From NCBI GenBank assembly GCA_023150835.1, contig JAKLKB010000002.1:1-64000 (forward strand): a stretch of DNA of 64,000 nt, read 5' to 3'. The position numbers and the translations under genes are program-made. Shown in pieces: positions 19,189-30,668 of this stretch. Source of the stretch: Myxococcota bacterium. GTDB lineage: Bacteria > Myxococcota_C > UBA6777. How positions within the stretch are numbered: the stretch's first letter is position 1; every line of letters starts with the position of its first letter. The notes under the pieces were generated by a model. The model saw nothing but the letters and a program-made list of their open reading frames with translations. It searched no databases and was not told the origin of the DNA.

Positions 19189-21984
19189 CTAAGCACCATG
19201 CGAAACAATCAAGGAGCCCCATTGGCCTTCAAGGGCGGTGAGCATTTGCTCGCGTGTCACTTCGATGGTTCCGCCTTTGACGAGCGGATCACCCACGATG
19301 TATCCACCGTTTGCGGTGCGGCCAAGCACCGTGGCAAAATGACCGCGAGGATCGCCCGAATTAATGTAGTTGTCTGTGGTGGCGTCGTAGGTGTTTTGCG
19401 AAGAACCCCACGCTTGATAGGTGGTGTTGCTTCCGAGGATGATGGGATTTCCGTTGGCGAGGGCTTGATCAAGCTGATTCAGTTGAGCTTGGGTGGTTTG
19501 GTCGCTCGAAAGCCAAGTGACGGTGGCTCCGTGGGCTTCTAGGCCGTTTTTGAGTTGAGAAGAAGTAAGGAGTTGAGATTGCGCGGTATCCCAACCAAGG
19601 ATCGCGTCGCGCATCGCGTCGATATGAAGGTGAGCGTCCGAAGCATTGGGGCGTTGCGTGATCCCAAGCGCATTGAGTGCCATCAGCGAAGCGGTCGGGC
19701 CGCAATCGTTATAGCCAAAGGGGATATCCGAACCACCGGGCGGATCGTTGTAGGTATTTGGACCCCATTGCGTCAGAAAAAAGGAGTTGGCTTGTGCGGT
19801 GGTCGAGGGCAAGTTGTGGTTGAGGATCGGCGGGGTGACGGGGAGTGTGCTGACATTGGAAGGTGGGGTGACGCTTCCGTTGGGCAGAGTGAGAACTTGG
19901 CCGGCTTGGATCTGGTTGGGATTGGTGATGCCGTTGGCTTGTTGAAGCGCAGGAACGGTAGTACCGAAGCGCTGGGCGATTCCAAACAGCGTATCACCCG
20001 AACGAACGGTGTACGACCCAGCGGTTGGCGGCGGTGGAGCGGGCGTTGTAGAAGTGACGGGAGGTGCAGTGGTGGTTTGTTGGTTCGGGATGACCAGAGT
20101 CTGGCCGACTTGGATACGGTCGGGGTTGGCGATACCGTTGGCCTGTTGAAGCGCAGCTACGGTGGTTCCGAAGCGTTGGGCGATGCGTCCGAGAGTATCG
20201 CCTTGCTGGACGGTATAAGTGCTTCCTTGCGAAGGGTTGGGCGAAGTCGGCGAAGTCGCGGGCGGAGCCATGTTGGGGAGGTTGTTGAAATAGCTGTTGA
20301 TCTGATCGACGCGCTGTTGTGGGAGAGTGGAGTCGTTTCGTTGGACGCGGACGCGCTCGAAAGCCGCGATGATCTGTTCTTCGGAGACTTGTCCTGGGGC
20401 GGGGTTTCCAAGTTGTCGCAAGGCTTCTTGGAAGGCAGGGCCGACATAGGCGGGCCGGTTGATGTGGTAATCCAAGACTTGAGCAAGCCCTCGTCCCGAA
20501 GAAACATAATCGCCGATGGTGTAGCCATTGTTGGTACGGATCGATTGGATCTGATCGAGGCGATCTTTGGCGAGTCCCCACTGGGCTTGTTGCATCGCAT
20601 CGGAGTTTCGGGCGTTATAGAAGATGCGCTCCATCTTGTCGACTTCTTGTTGGCTGCTAAGCAAGACTTGTCCGACATTTTCGGCATTCACGACTTGCCC
20701 GTTGTAGCTCAGCACGTTTCCGTTGGGGCCACGCTGCACGTCGAAACCATATTTTCCGAAATATTGTTGGAACTCATTCGGATTGATCTCTTTCATTTTT
20801 CCGAGAAGGTTTTGCATCTCATAGCGCGCCGTCCACTGAAACATCCCATAAGAAATCGCGCCAGAGTCATATGTATTGATGGCATCCATACGCCCCTCGT
20901 TGTTGGTAGGAGCGAGAGCGGCGTGCATCTGTTGTTCGGTCATGCCAAGCGCAGGCCCAAAGCGTTCGAAGGCCACTCGTGGGTCCATCGTTCCGCCATA
21001 ATAGGTGCCGTTGACGCCGAAAGTGTTGTTGTAAAAGGTTCGACCGGGCGGACGGGGAAGATCAAAAGGATTGTCGGGAGTTTGGACGCTGCTCGTTGAA
21101 GACACGGGCGTTGTGGTCGGCGTTGTGGCGGGCGTTGTGGGTGCGGTGTTTGTGGTCGGCGTTGTGACGGGCGTTGTGGTCGGCGTTGTGGTCGGCGTTG
21201 TGACGGGCGTTGTGGGCGCGGTAGGTTGGGGAGGTTGTGGGAAAGCGGAAGGTGCGGTGGGAGGGGCGGGAGTGGGGGATGCACCTGCGGGGATGTTGAG
21301 CGACTCACCCACACGGATCAGGTTGGGGTTTCCGCCGAGTTGGGGATTGGCAGCGAGCATGGCATTCACATCGGTGCCATATTTGAGGGCGATCCGAAAG
21401 AGATTTTCGCCTTGTTGGACGGTGTGGGTGGATGGATTGGGGCCTGTTTGTGGGAGGGCGAGGACTTGTCCAGCGCGGATCAGGTTGGGGTTGCCGTTGA
21501 GCGAGGGATTGGCGAGCAAAAGCTGATCAACAGAAGTATTGTACAACTGCGCGATCCGTCCGAGGGTTTCGCCGCGAGCAACGGTGTGGTTTGTCGGTGT
21601 CCCGCCGCCGCCCATTCCCTCGGAAGAAAGGGCATTTGGAGCAGAGGTCGCGGTCGCGTTTGTGGGGGCTGCGATGCGGCTGGAAGTTCCCATGCCGCCC
21701 AAGCCGAGCCAGAGGGCGCTTTGCAACGAGGCTTTTTCTTCGGGAGCGAGCGAGCGTTGGTGAGGGGCTGTTGGGCTGGCTTGTTGAGGAGCACGTGGGC
21801 GTGAGCGCGTGGCGACAAAGCCGCTGTCTTGGGTCTGGTTTGATGTAGGAGAGGCTCCTTGAGCAGACGTTGAGGGCGAGGTACTTTGGGTTGAAGCGGT
21901 AGAGGCGGTCGATGGGGCATTCGAGGGCGCAGGTGCAGGTTTGGGGGCGGGCGGGGCTTTGGGTTTGTCGTCGATACGGCTCAT
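19189..21984 (-). CDS. Multi-LysM peptidoglycan hydrolase candidate: 2xLysM, lysozyme-like domain, 2xLysM, peptidase C39-like domain
   Basis: Four LysM motifs (HTVARGETLGRIA, HTVQQGENLFRIA, YTVQQGDTLGRIA, YTVRSGDTLFGIA); NEGRMDAINTYDSGAISYGMFQW; DCGPT...HF...GDP triad; AGGAG RBS before 21984. Confidence 0.8.
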   Translation of the reverse strand: MSRIDDKPKAPPAPKPAPAPSNAPSTASTASTQSTSPSTSAQGASPTSNQTQDSGFVATRSRPRAPQQASPTAPHQRSLAPEEKASLQSALWLGLGGMGTSSRIAAPTNATATSAPNALSSEGMGGGGTPTNHTVARGETLGRIAQLYNTSVDQLLLANPSLNGNPNLIRAGQVLALPQTGPNPSTHTVQQGENLFRIALKYGTDVNAMLAANPQLGGNPNLIRVGESLNIPAGASPTPAPPTAPSAFPQPPQPTAPTTPVTTPTTTPTTTPVTTPTTNTAPTTPATTPTTTPVSSTSSVQTPDNPFDLPRPPGRTFYNNTFGVNGTYYGGTMDPRVAFERFGPALGMTEQQMHAALAPTNNEGRMDAINTYDSGAISYGMFQWTARYEMQNLLGKMKEINPNEFQQYFGKYGFDVQRGPNGNVLSYNGQVVNAENVGQVLLSSQQEVDKMERIFYNARNSDAMQQAQWGLAKDRLDQIQSIRTNNGYTIGDYVSSGRGLAQVLDYHINRPAYVGPAFQEALRQLGNPAPGQVSEEQIIAAFERVRVQRNDSTLPQQRVDQINSYFNNLPNMAPPATSPTSPNPSQGSTYTVQQGDTLGRIAQRFGTTVAALQQANGIANPDRIQVGQTLVIPNQQTTTAPPVTSTTPAPPPPTAGSYTVRSGDTLFGIAQRFGTTVPALQQANGITNPNQIQAGQVLTLPNGSVTPPSNVSTLPVTPPILNHNLPSTTAQANSFFLTQWGPNTYNDPPGGSDIPFGYNDCGPTASLMALNALGITQRPNASDAHLHIDAMRDAILGWDTAQSQLLTSSQLKNGLEAHGATVTWLSSDQTTQAQLNQLDQALANGNPIILGSNTTYQAWGSSQNTYDATTDNYINSGDPRGHFATVLGRTANGGYIVGDPLVKGGTIEVTREQMLTALEGQWGSLIVSHGA

Positions 21985-22186
21985 CGAGGATTCTCCTGTT
22001 CGGGTTTGGGTAGATGACAAAGCGGCGGCCTCAAAGTAAAGATCAACGTAACGAAAGCTTTGCCAAGTGACGAAAAAAAAAGAGGATAGCAGCGAGAGAT
22101 GCGAACCGTCAAGACACTCGTCTCGTTATCGGACGCCTAGCACAGATCGTAGAATGCAAAGACAACTTCACGGAAAGGAAACCACG

Positions 22187-23032
22187 ATGGACACACAAAC
22201 GGTCGAACAAGCCGCCCAAGCGATCGCCCAAGCCGACGGGATGTTGATTGGAACAGGCGCGGGCATGGGTGTTGACTCAGGATTGCCGGATTTTCGGGGC
22301 GATCAAGGCTTTTGGAAAGCCTACCCGCCGTTTGCGAAACTCGGCCTGTCTTTCGTGGAATTGGCGAATCCTCGGTGGTTTTGGAGCGATCCACTAATGG
22401 CATGGGGGTTTTATGGACATCGGATGCACTTGTACCGCGACACCGTTCCCCACGCAGGTTTCGGGATCTTGAAGCGTTGGGCTGAAAAAATGCCCGCAGG
22501 AGCGTTTGTTTTCACCTCCAACATCGACGGACAGTTCCAAAAAGCCGGATTCTCCGAAGACAACCTCGTCGAGTGTCATGGTTCGATCCATACTCTCCAA
22601 TGCGTTGTGCCTTGCCGTCACGATCTTTGGAGCGCCCAAAATACCGAAGTGATCGTCGATCACAGCACCTTTCGTGCGGAGAAGCCCTTGCCGACGTGTC
22701 CACACTGTGGACAATTGGCTCGCCCCAACGTCTTGATGTTCGGAGATGGCGGATGGATCGAGGCTCGCAGTATGGCCCAAGAACGCCGCATGGTGCGGTG
22801 GCTCGACGAGATGCGCGGAAAAAAACTGGCGATCGTTGAATGTGGCGCAGGTGGGGCCATACCGACGGTTCGGATGACTTGTCAAGCCGCCATGCGCGAT
22901 CGCAACGGCACGCTGATCCGCATCAATCCACGCGAGCCAGAAGGGCCACGCGGCACCCTCTCTTTTGCAACAGGCGCACTCGTCGGACTCACCGCCATCG
23001 ACGAAGCCTTGTCGAGCTCGCCCCTTCGTTGA
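22187..23032 (+). CDS. Sir2-family NAD-dependent deacylase
   Basis: GAGMGVDSGLPDFRG, TSNIDG, ECHGS, CPHC..ARPNVLMFGD and RINP motifs. Confidence 0.92.
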   Translation: MDTQTVEQAAQAIAQADGMLIGTGAGMGVDSGLPDFRGDQGFWKAYPPFAKLGLSFVELANPRWFWSDPLMAWGFYGHRMHLYRDTVPHAGFGILKRWAEKMPAGAFVFTSNIDGQFQKAGFSEDNLVECHGSIHTLQCVVPCRHDLWSAQNTEVIVDHSTFRAEKPLPTCPHCGQLARPNVLMFGDGGWIEARSMAQERRMVRWLDEMRGKKLAIVECGAGGAIPTVRMTCQAAMRDRNGTLIRINPREPEGPRGTLSFATGALVGLTAIDEALSSSPLR

Positions 23033-23337
23033 GGCGCTGCACTCGCTTGCGGAGCCGAGGAATACAGTAACCACCGCACCTCATCCAAGAGCACTTTCTG
23101 CATAACAGTCCAGCCTTGACAATTTTCTGCGCCGTGTGCTAACCGACGATGCACCACAGCGGCACCCAACAAAAACGAAGTCACTCAAAAAATGACTCGC
23201 TCCAAGCGCAAAAACGTTCTTTTTGTGTTGCCGAACAACCGAGTTGTCTTCCGTCCGTGATCGAACACCCCACACCCCAGCGATCCCCCCAACGACAAAC
23301 GCGCTCGCCACCCGTCATTGCACTACATCTTTTGATC

Positions 23338-23403
23338 CAAAAGCATCGAAAGCATCGAAATTACCAAAAGCATCAAAAGCATCGAAATCGCCAAAGGAGC
23401 ATC
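23338..23403. repeat. 9-bp short tandem repeats (AAAGCATCG-like) ending at the RBS of the giant gene
   Basis: AAAGCATCG, AAAGCATCG, AAAGCATCA, AAAGCATCG, GAGCATC. Confidence 0.7.
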
Positions 23404-23404
23404 T

Positions 23405-26400
23405 ATGTTTTCCCAAAGTCGTCTGTCTATGGCCTTGTTGTTTCGTCTGTTTGTTTTGCTCTGCCTGTGCCTCGCGCCCACATGGAGTTGTACGCCTCCT
23501 GCCCCCGCCTCCTGCGAAGGCATCACCTGCCCCACAGGGCAAACCTGTAAAGACGGAAAGTGCGAAGCTTCTTGCAAAACAGGCGAGCTATCCTGCAACA
23601 GCGCCTGCGTCGATCTCAAAACCAACACGCAACACTGCGGAGCTTGTGCAAAAGCCTGTGCTTCTGGGCAAGTCTGCAAAAACGGAACGTGCGCTTCGAC
23701 TTGCGCCTCGCCGCTTGAGACGTGCGCAGGGGCTTGTGTCGATACGCGCTCCGATCCCAAACACTGCGGGGCTTGCGGCAAAGCCTGCAAGCAAGATGGC
23801 GGAGAGGTTTGTTCGGCGGGCGTTTGCGGTTTGTCTTGTGGCGTGGGAGCAACTCCTTGCAATGGAGCTTGTGTCGAGATCAAGTCCAATCGCCTGCATT
23901 GCGGGGCTTGTGGAAACGCTTGTGGCAAAGATGAGTCTTGTGCAGACGGCCAATGCAAGATCCTTTGCCCCGCAGGGCAACAACAATGTTCGGGCCAATG
24001 CAGCGATCCACAATCCGATCCCAAACATTGCGGATCTTGCGGAAAAAACTGTGCATCAGGCGAAGTCTGTTCGGGTGGTTTGTGCAAAGTCTCCTGTCAG
24101 TCTGGTTTGGCGAATTGCAGCGGCGCTTGCATCGACGTGAGCGCAGACAACCGACACTGCGGCGGTTGCGCAAAACCTTGCGCCCCCGGCCAAGTCTGTT
24201 CCGCTGGCATATGCCAAATTTCTTGTCAGATCGGACTGTTCGACTGCAACGGAAAATGCGTGGATACCCAAACCGACCGCGCTCATTGCGGCACTTGTGG
24301 GAATGCTTGTGCGTTTGAACAAGTCTGCTCCAACGGGACTTGCCAAGTCTCTTGTCAAGGCAGACTCACCAATTGCGGTGGAAACTGTGTCAATCTCAAC
24401 GAAAACCGCCGATTCTGTGGCACTTGCGAAAAGGCTTGTGCGCCCGGTGAGATCTGCGAAAACGAGCAATGCAAGCTGTCTTGCCCCACAGGTCAACAAG
24501 CCTGCGACAACCAATGCGCAAGCCTCCAAAATGACCGAAACAACTGTGGTTCGTGCAAAAATGTCTGCCCATCAGGCCAAGTCTGCTCGGGCGGCAATTG
24601 TCAAGTCTCCTGTCAAGTCGGACTGGCCGATTGCAACGGCGCTTGCGTCGATCTACAAGCCGACAATCGGCATTGTGGGGCTTGCGCAAATGCTTGCGCC
24701 CCCGGCCAAGTCTGTTCAGGCGGTAGCTGCCAGCTTTCGTGTCAGTCAGGACTCTCCGATTGCAACGGAAGCTGCGTCAACAAACAAACCGATCGCGGTC
24801 ATTGCGGCGATTGTGGGAAACCTTGCGCCTCCGGCCAAGTCTGCTCCGCTGGTGTGTGCCAACTCTCCTGTCAGACGGGACTCTCCGATTGCGGCGGAAA
24901 CTGCGTCAACACCCAAACGGACCGAGCGCATTGCGGTGGTTGCGCAAAAGCCTGTGTTTCGGGCGAGATCTGCGATGCGGGTGTGTGCAAGCTGTCTTGC
25001 CCCACAGGTCAACAAGTCTGCGGAAACCGATGCAGCGACCCCCAATCCGATCCGACAAACTGCGGTGGATGCGCAAAAGCCTGTGCTTCGGGCGAAGTCT
25101 GCTCGGGTGGAACCTGTCAAGTCTCTTGTCAGTCGGGTTTGACCAATTGCAACGGGGCCTGCGTCGATCTGCAAGCCGACAACCGCCACTGCGGAGCTTG
25201 TGTAAAACCTTGTGCCTCCGGCCAAGTCTGCTCAGGCGGTAGCTGCCGACTTTCTTGTCAATCGGGACTCTCCGATTGCAGCGGCAAGTGCGTTGATTTC
25301 CAAACCGATCGCGCTCATTGCGGCGGTTGCGGGAAGCCCTGCGCCTCCGGCCAAGTCTGTTCTGCTGGAACGTGTCAAGTCTCTTGTCAGGCCGGACTCT
25401 CCGAATGTAGTGGCAAATGTATCGATACCCAAACCGACCGCGCTCATTGCGGTGGTTGCGCAAAGCCCTGTGCCACCGGCCAAGTCTGTTCTACAGGAAC
25501 GTGTCAACTCTCTTGTCAGTCGGGACTCTCCGATTGCAGCGGCAAGTGCGTTGATTTCCAAACCGATCGCGCTCATTGCGGCGGTTGCGCAAAACCCTGC
25601 GCCTCTGGACAAGTCTGTTCCGCTGGAACTTGTCAAGTCTCTTGTCAGACTGGACTCACCGAATGTAGCGGCAAGTGCGCCAACACTCAAACGGATCGAG
25701 CGCATTGCGGTGGATGCGCAAAACCCTGTGCTTCGGGCGAGATCTGTGATGCAGGTGTGTGCAAGCTGTCTTGCCCCACAGGTCAACAAGTCTGCGGAAA
25801 CCGATGCAGCGACCCCCAATCCGATCCAAACAACTGCGGTGGATGCGCAAAACCCTGTGCTTCGGGTGAAGTCTGTTCATCAGGAACTTGTCGCGTCTCT
25901 TGTCAGTCGGGTTTGACCAATTGCAACGGGGCCTGCGTCGATCTGCAAGCCGACAACCGCCACTGCGGAGCTTGTGTAAAACCGTGTGCCTCCGGCCAAG
26001 TCTGCTCAGGCGGTAACTGCCGACTTTCTTGTCAGACTGGACTCTCCGATTGCAGCGGCAAGTGCGTTGATTTCCAAACCGATCGCGCTCATTGCGGCGG
26101 TTGCGGAAAGCCCTGCGCCTCCGGTCAAGTCTGTTCTGCTGGAGCTTGTCAAGTCTCTTGTCAGGCCGGACTCTCCGAATGTAGTGGCAAATGTATCGAC
26201 ACCCAAACCGACCGCGCTCATTGCGGTAATTGCGCAAAGCCCTGTGCCACCGGACAAGTCTGTTCTACAGGAACGTGCCAACTTTCTTGTCAGACGGGAC
26301 TCAACGATTGTGCCGGCAAATGCGTTGATTTCCAAACTGATCGCGCTCATTGCGGCGGTTGCGCAAAGCCCTGCGCTTCCGGCCAAGTCTGTTCCGCTGG

Positions 26401-28498
26401 AACTTGTCAAGTCTCTTGTCAGACTGGACTCACCGATTGTAGTGGCAAATGTATCGACACTCAAACCGATCGCGCTCATTGCGGTGGTTGCGCAAAACCC
26501 TGTGCCTCCGGTCAAATCTGTTCTGGTGGTGTATGCAAACTCTCTTGTCAAGCCGGACTCACCGATTGTAATGGCAAATGCGTTGACACCCAATCCGATC
26601 ACGCTCACTGCGGCGGGTGCGCAAAGCCTTGCATCTCAGGAACTGTTTGCTCAGGCGGGTGGTGTATGCTTTCTTGTCAACCGGGCTTGACCAATTGCGC
26701 TGGATCGTGTGTCGATCCGACTTCAAACCAGTTCCACTGCGGCACTTGTTTCAACCCTTGTGCATCGGGCGAAGCCTGTTCGGGCAGCGTATGCCGACTC
26801 TCTTGTCAGACTGGACTCACCGAATGTAGCGGAAAGTGCGTTGACACAAAAACCGATCGCGCTCACTGCGGCGGTTGCGCAAAGCCCTGTGTCACCGGCC
26901 AAGTCTGTTCTGCTGGAACGTGCCAACTCTCTTGTCAGGCCGGACTCAACGATTGTGCCGGCAAATGCGTTGACTTCCAAACCGATCGCGCAAACTGCGG
27001 CGGTTGTGCAAAACCCTGTGTCACCGGCCAAGTCTGCTTCGCTGGAACGTGTCAACTCTCTTGTCAAGCCGGACTCAACGATTGTAACGGCAAATGCGTT
27101 GATTACCAGACTGATCGCGCTCACTGCGGCGGTTGCGTAAGGCCCTGTGCATCGGGCGAGATCTGCGACAGCGGCCTGTGCAAACTATCCTGCTCCGCAG
27201 GATTAGCCAATTGCAGCGGAACCTGCCGCAACTTGTCCAACGATCCCCTCGCCTGCGGCAGTTGTACAACTCCCTGCACCAGCGGCCAGATCTGCTATCA
27301 AGGAGCCTGTGTGCTGTTGTGTAGCCAAGGACAAACCAATTGCAACGGAACGTGCGTCAACACAGCCTCCAACAACCAACACTGCGGATTTTGCGGGAAT
27401 GCTTGCAACACCACGCAACAGTGCCTCAAAGGAACCTGTCGCACTCGCATCCTCCAAATTTCCGTAGGCTACCACCATACCTGCGCTCTTCTTGATGATC
27501 AAAGAGTGAAATGTTGGGGAGGCAACTCGTACGGCCAACTCGGTAACGGCACCACCACCAACAGTTTGATACCTGTCTTGGTGAGTGGCTTGTCCGGCGT
27601 TACTCACATCTCCGCAGGTAACTACCACACCTGCGCCATCCTCGCCGACAGAACCGCACACTGTTGGGGCTACAACGGCGACGGTCAGCTCGGCAACGGC
27701 ACCACCACCTCCAGCAACGTTCCTGTACCTGTGACCGGCCTCGCCTACGTCACCAGCATCTCCGCAGGCGGAAACCACACATGCGCCGCCCTCGCCTACG
27801 CTACAGCGTATTGTTGGGGGGGCAATGGGTTCGGCCAACTCGGCAACGGCACCAATATCTCCAGCTACACGCCTACTGTGGTAAGCGGCTTGAATACCGT
27901 CCTCAGCATCTCCGCAGGCGGAAGCCACACATGCGCCGCCCTCGCCGACGATACAGCTCGTTGTTGGGGCAGCGGTGTATACGGCCAACTCGGCAACGGC
28001 ACCAACACCAACAGCAACGTCCCTGTGGTTGTGAGCGGTCTAAACACTGGTGGCTACCAGACCTCTGCGGGTGGTTATCACGCGTGCGCCATGAACAACG
28101 ACTTAACGGCGCGTTGTTGGGGATACAACAGCAACAGCCAACTCGGCAACGGCACCACTACCAACAGCAACGTCCCTGTGGTGGTGAGCGGCCTCACCAA
28201 CGTATTTAGGATCTCCGCTGGCGGAATTCACACGTGCGTTCTCCTTAGCGATGGGACAGCACGCTGTTGGGGCAGCGGTATATACGGCCAACTCGGCAAC
28301 GGCACCTACAACAATAGCAACGTTCCCTTGGTTGTGAGCGGCCTCACCAACGCCACAAACATCTCCGCAGGCGCATATCACACCTGCGCCGTCCTCACCA
28401 ACGGAACGGCTCGTTGTTGGGGCTACAACGGCGACGGCCAACTCGGCGACGGCACCACCACCACCAGCAACACACCTGTCGCCGTTCAGGAGATGTGA
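23405..28498 (+). CDS. Giant Cys-rich surface protein: about 30 x 43-aa 8-Cys repeats (MXAN_6577/STIG1-like) plus C-terminal RCC1-like beta-propeller
   Basis: Signal/lipobox-like N-terminus; repeat [43 protein letters not shown]; seven ISAGxxHTCA...CWGxNxxGQLGNGT blades. Confidence 0.88.
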   Translation: MFSQSRLSMALLFRLFVLLCLCLAPTWSCTPPAPASCEGITCPTGQTCKDGKCEASCKTGELSCNSACVDLKTNTQHCGACAKACASGQVCKNGTCASTCASPLETCAGACVDTRSDPKHCGACGKACKQDGGEVCSAGVCGLSCGVGATPCNGACVEIKSNRLHCGACGNACGKDESCADGQCKILCPAGQQQCSGQCSDPQSDPKHCGSCGKNCASGEVCSGGLCKVSCQSGLANCSGACIDVSADNRHCGGCAKPCAPGQVCSAGICQISCQIGLFDCNGKCVDTQTDRAHCGTCGNACAFEQVCSNGTCQVSCQGRLTNCGGNCVNLNENRRFCGTCEKACAPGEICENEQCKLSCPTGQQACDNQCASLQNDRNNCGSCKNVCPSGQVCSGGNCQVSCQVGLADCNGACVDLQADNRHCGACANACAPGQVCSGGSCQLSCQSGLSDCNGSCVNKQTDRGHCGDCGKPCASGQVCSAGVCQLSCQTGLSDCGGNCVNTQTDRAHCGGCAKACVSGEICDAGVCKLSCPTGQQVCGNRCSDPQSDPTNCGGCAKACASGEVCSGGTCQVSCQSGLTNCNGACVDLQADNRHCGACVKPCASGQVCSGGSCRLSCQSGLSDCSGKCVDFQTDRAHCGGCGKPCASGQVCSAGTCQVSCQAGLSECSGKCIDTQTDRAHCGGCAKPCATGQVCSTGTCQLSCQSGLSDCSGKCVDFQTDRAHCGGCAKPCASGQVCSAGTCQVSCQTGLTECSGKCANTQTDRAHCGGCAKPCASGEICDAGVCKLSCPTGQQVCGNRCSDPQSDPNNCGGCAKPCASGEVCSSGTCRVSCQSGLTNCNGACVDLQADNRHCGACVKPCASGQVCSGGNCRLSCQTGLSDCSGKCVDFQTDRAHCGGCGKPCASGQVCSAGACQVSCQAGLSECSGKCIDTQTDRAHCGNCAKPCATGQVCSTGTCQLSCQTGLNDCAGKCVDFQTDRAHCGGCAKPCASGQVCSAGTCQVSCQTGLTDCSGKCIDTQTDRAHCGGCAKPCASGQICSGGVCKLSCQAGLTDCNGKCVDTQSDHAHCGGCAKPCISGTVCSGGWCMLSCQPGLTNCAGSCVDPTSNQFHCGTCFNPCASGEACSGSVCRLSCQTGLTECSGKCVDTKTDRAHCGGCAKPCVTGQVCSAGTCQLSCQAGLNDCAGKCVDFQTDRANCGGCAKPCVTGQVCFAGTCQLSCQAGLNDCNGKCVDYQTDRAHCGGCVRPCASGEICDSGLCKLSCSAGLANCSGTCRNLSNDPLACGSCTTPCTSGQICYQGACVLLCSQGQTNCNGTCVNTASNNQHCGFCGNACNTTQQCLKGTCRTRILQISVGYHHTCALLDDQRVKCWGGNSYGQLGNGTTTNSLIPVLVSGLSGVTHISAGNYHTCAILADRTAHCWGYNGDGQLGNGTTTSSNVPVPVTGLAYVTSISAGGNHTCAALAYATAYCWGGNGFGQLGNGTNISSYTPTVVSGLNTVLSISAGGSHTCAALADDTARCWGSGVYGQLGNGTNTNSNVPVVVSGLNTGGYQTSAGGYHACAMNNDLTARCWGYNSNSQLGNGTTTNSNVPVVVSGLTNVFRISAGGIHTCVLLSDGTARCWGSGIYGQLGNGTYNNSNVPLVVSGLTNATNISAGAYHTCAVLTNGTARCWGYNGDGQLGDGTTTTSNTPVAVQEM

Positions 28499-28543
28499 CC
28501 GAAACAACACCACAAACGGCAAGACCCGCCGATGACCCGCCGA

Positions 28544-29635
28544 TCAACGCCTTGAAGCGCGCACTTGTTTGGGTTTGAATCCTGCCCGCTGAAGCAGATC
28601 GATGATGCTGTTTTTGCCGACAAAGTGGGCGGCTCCGACGATGATAAAATAGGGCTTCTTTTGCTCACGAAGAAAACCGATGATCTTTTGGGTCATTCGC
28701 ACATTTCGTTGATCCAAAAGAATGGTATAAGTCAGGCGAGCATCGAGATCTTTTTTTGAATCTTCTGCCAGTTTTTCTGCCAGTTTTTCTGCATCTCCTT
28801 GTTTCCAAAGTCTGAGGATGGTTTGCATCCCTTTGTGGAATTCTTTTTCTTCGAGGGAACTGATGAGCATCTGCGTTTGTAGGCGGGGTGGTAGCTGATC
28901 AAAGATCGTGAGTTGTTCTTGGAGGCTTTCGAGTTGGAGGATGGGGATCTTGCGTGCGCTGGCTTTTTTGAGAAAGTGTTGGTCGATGCCGTCTTGCGAG
29001 ATGCCCGACCGTTGGAGCATTTGGCCTTGGAGAGTGATGGCGAGGAACCAAGGCTTGAAGCGCATCATCGACGAAAGTTGTAGCCCAAAGCGCGGAAGCT
29101 CGCGCTGGAGGCGTTCGAGCAAGGCTGGCGAAACGTCATCGCGCAAACTGGCCGAACAAAAAGGATTGATCCCGCAGTACGTCCCCAATTGGAGGATCTG
29201 CCACGTCGCGCTCACGACGTTGATGTTGTGGATATCGGCTTCCACAGCGATGGCGACGGCTTGTTGAAAAGCCCGTTCGATCTTGGGATCGAGCGGAAAG
29301 AATCCTTTGGGCAGGATGTGGATCGAACCAAGCAAGGTGTGGGTGGTATAACGCCCACGCACCGTCCACATCATCAAATGCCGCTTTTTTGAGGCTTTGC
29401 GCCCACGCTTTTTTGCACCAGACTCTCGGCCTTTGGCGGGTTGAAGCTGTTGCGGTTTACGCGAATTAGACGGATTCGGCATACAGGATTGTGTAAGAAT
29501 AGCCGCACGAGACAAAGACGAAACGGGCCGAGGACTCGGCGATTTAGCCCAAGCATCGGCTGTTTGTAAAAGGCCGATTTCGACAAGAAACACAACCCAG
29601 ACCCCAATCCTCCATCGAAGCGATACACGGGCCAT
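28544..29635 (-). CDS. TraB/GumN family protein
   Basis: LLGSIHIL, KPWFLA, GIDQHF, LESLQEQL, QRNVRM and IIVGAAHFVGKNSI motifs. Confidence 0.9.
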   Translation of the reverse strand: MARVSLRWRIGVWVVFLVEIGLLQTADAWAKSPSPRPVSSLSRAAILTQSCMPNPSNSRKPQQLQPAKGRESGAKKRGRKASKKRHLMMWTVRGRYTTHTLLGSIHILPKGFFPLDPKIERAFQQAVAIAVEADIHNINVVSATWQILQLGTYCGINPFCSASLRDDVSPALLERLQRELPRFGLQLSSMMRFKPWFLAITLQGQMLQRSGISQDGIDQHFLKKASARKIPILQLESLQEQLTIFDQLPPRLQTQMLISSLEEKEFHKGMQTILRLWKQGDAEKLAEKLAEDSKKDLDARLTYTILLDQRNVRMTQKIIGFLREQKKPYFIIVGAAHFVGKNSIIDLLQRAGFKPKQVRASRR

Positions 29636-29731
29636 GACCAAACTCCTTTGATGTGAGACAACGGAAAGCCCCTAAGATGTAAGGGCGGCGCAAAAAAAGC
29701 AAGACAGAAGAACGGCTTGGAGCAAGAAAAG

Positions 29732-30592
29732 ATGGAAGTTTTTGGTTTACATGGATTTTTGGGACAGCCAAGCGACTGGAGGTTCGTCGAAGAGGATCTT
29801 CGGCAAACCATGCCGTGGGTCCGATGGCAGAGTCCTTCTTGTTGGCCAACACAAAAGGATACATCAAAAAGCCCGAGCGAGCAGACACGATGTCTCGATA
29901 CCAACGGGCAAGTCGAGCAGGCACGATGTCTCGATACCAACGGGCAAGTCGAGCAGGCACGATGTCTCGATGCTACGGGGCAAATCGAGCAGACACAAAG
30001 TCTGAGAGCTTGGGCGCGGCGCTTTTGCCAAGAAGTCGCACAAAGCACACAGGAGGCGCGGATCTTGGTGGGTTATTCGATGGGGGGGCGGTTGGCATTA
30101 CACGCATTGCTCGAACAGCCCGACTTATGGGCAGGTGCGATGATCATCTCGGCACACTACGGGCTACGCGATCAAGCAGCCCGAGAGGCCCGCAAACAAC
30201 ATGACGCACAGTGGGCGGCCCGCTTTCGGACGATGGATTGGGATGCGTTGATGCAAGCGTGGGATCAACAAAGCGTCTTTGGTGGGCAAGCTGATCAACG
30301 TCCATTGCGCCAAGAGAGCGATTTCGATAGAGAATCTTTAGCAAGAGCGTTAGAGGTTTGGTCTTTAGGGAATCAAGACTATCTCTTGCCTGCGCTGTAT
30401 GACGTTCGCCACAAGCTCTGTTGGTTGGTGGGTGCGGAGGATACGAAGTTTTGCCAACTGACCGAAGAGGCCGCATTTCTTGCGCAGGGCATCCGCACGT
30501 TGCGAATGGAGGGCCTCGGGCATCGGCTACCTTGGCAAGATCCATCTCGTTTTTTGGACGTGCTGCATCATACGATATCTGAGATGAGATAA
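29732..30592 (+). CDS. menH: 2-succinyl-6-hydroxy-2,4-cyclohexadiene-1-carboxylate synthase-like alpha/beta hydrolase with repeat insertion
   Basis: LHGFLG, GYSMGGRLAL, R...D..WA, W..Q.VF, GAEDTKF and GH motifs; near the men cluster. Confidence 0.85.
   Translation: MEVFGLHGFLGQPSDWRFVEEDLRQTMPWVRWQSPSCWPTQKDTSKSPSEQTRCLDTNGQVEQARCLDTNGQVEQARCLDATGQIEQTQSLRAWARRFCQEVAQSTQEARILVGYSMGGRLALHALLEQPDLWAGAMIISAHYGLRDQAAREARKQHDAQWAARFRTMDWDALMQAWDQQSVFGGQADQRPLRQESDFDRESLARALEVWSLGNQDYLLPALYDVRHKLCWLVGAEDTKFCQLTEEAAFLAQGIRTLRMEGLGHRLPWQDPSRFLDVLHHTISEMR
29879..29996 (+). repeat. 36-bp in-frame tandem repeat x3 within menH
   Basis: GAGCAGRCACGATGTCTCGATACCAACGGGCAAGTC (EQARCLDTNGQV). Confidence 0.9.
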
Positions 30593-30657
30593 GTGAACGC
30601 CCTGTTCTTGGGCAGCCACAGGGGGCGAATACTCGGACACATCTCTCGGATATCGTA
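30571..30657. mobile_element. Shortened family A MITE overlapping the menH 3' end
   Basis: Ends TACGATATCTG and CGGATATCGTA; flanks TCA and TAA; internal GGGCAGCCACAGGGGGC. Confidence 0.7.
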
Positions 30658-30668
30658 TAAGTCGGCAG

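Noticed and set aside
19555-21099. 514-aa plus-strand ORF
   Set aside because: Antisense shadow of the LysM hydrolase with no recognisable motifs.
23223-27140. Many alternative-frame and antisense ORFs over the Cys-rich gene
   Set aside because: By-products of the 129-bp repeat periodicity.
27446-28498. Complete diversity-generating retroelement
   Set aside because: No reverse transcriptase, avd or separate template repeat in the window; kept only as a hypothesis.
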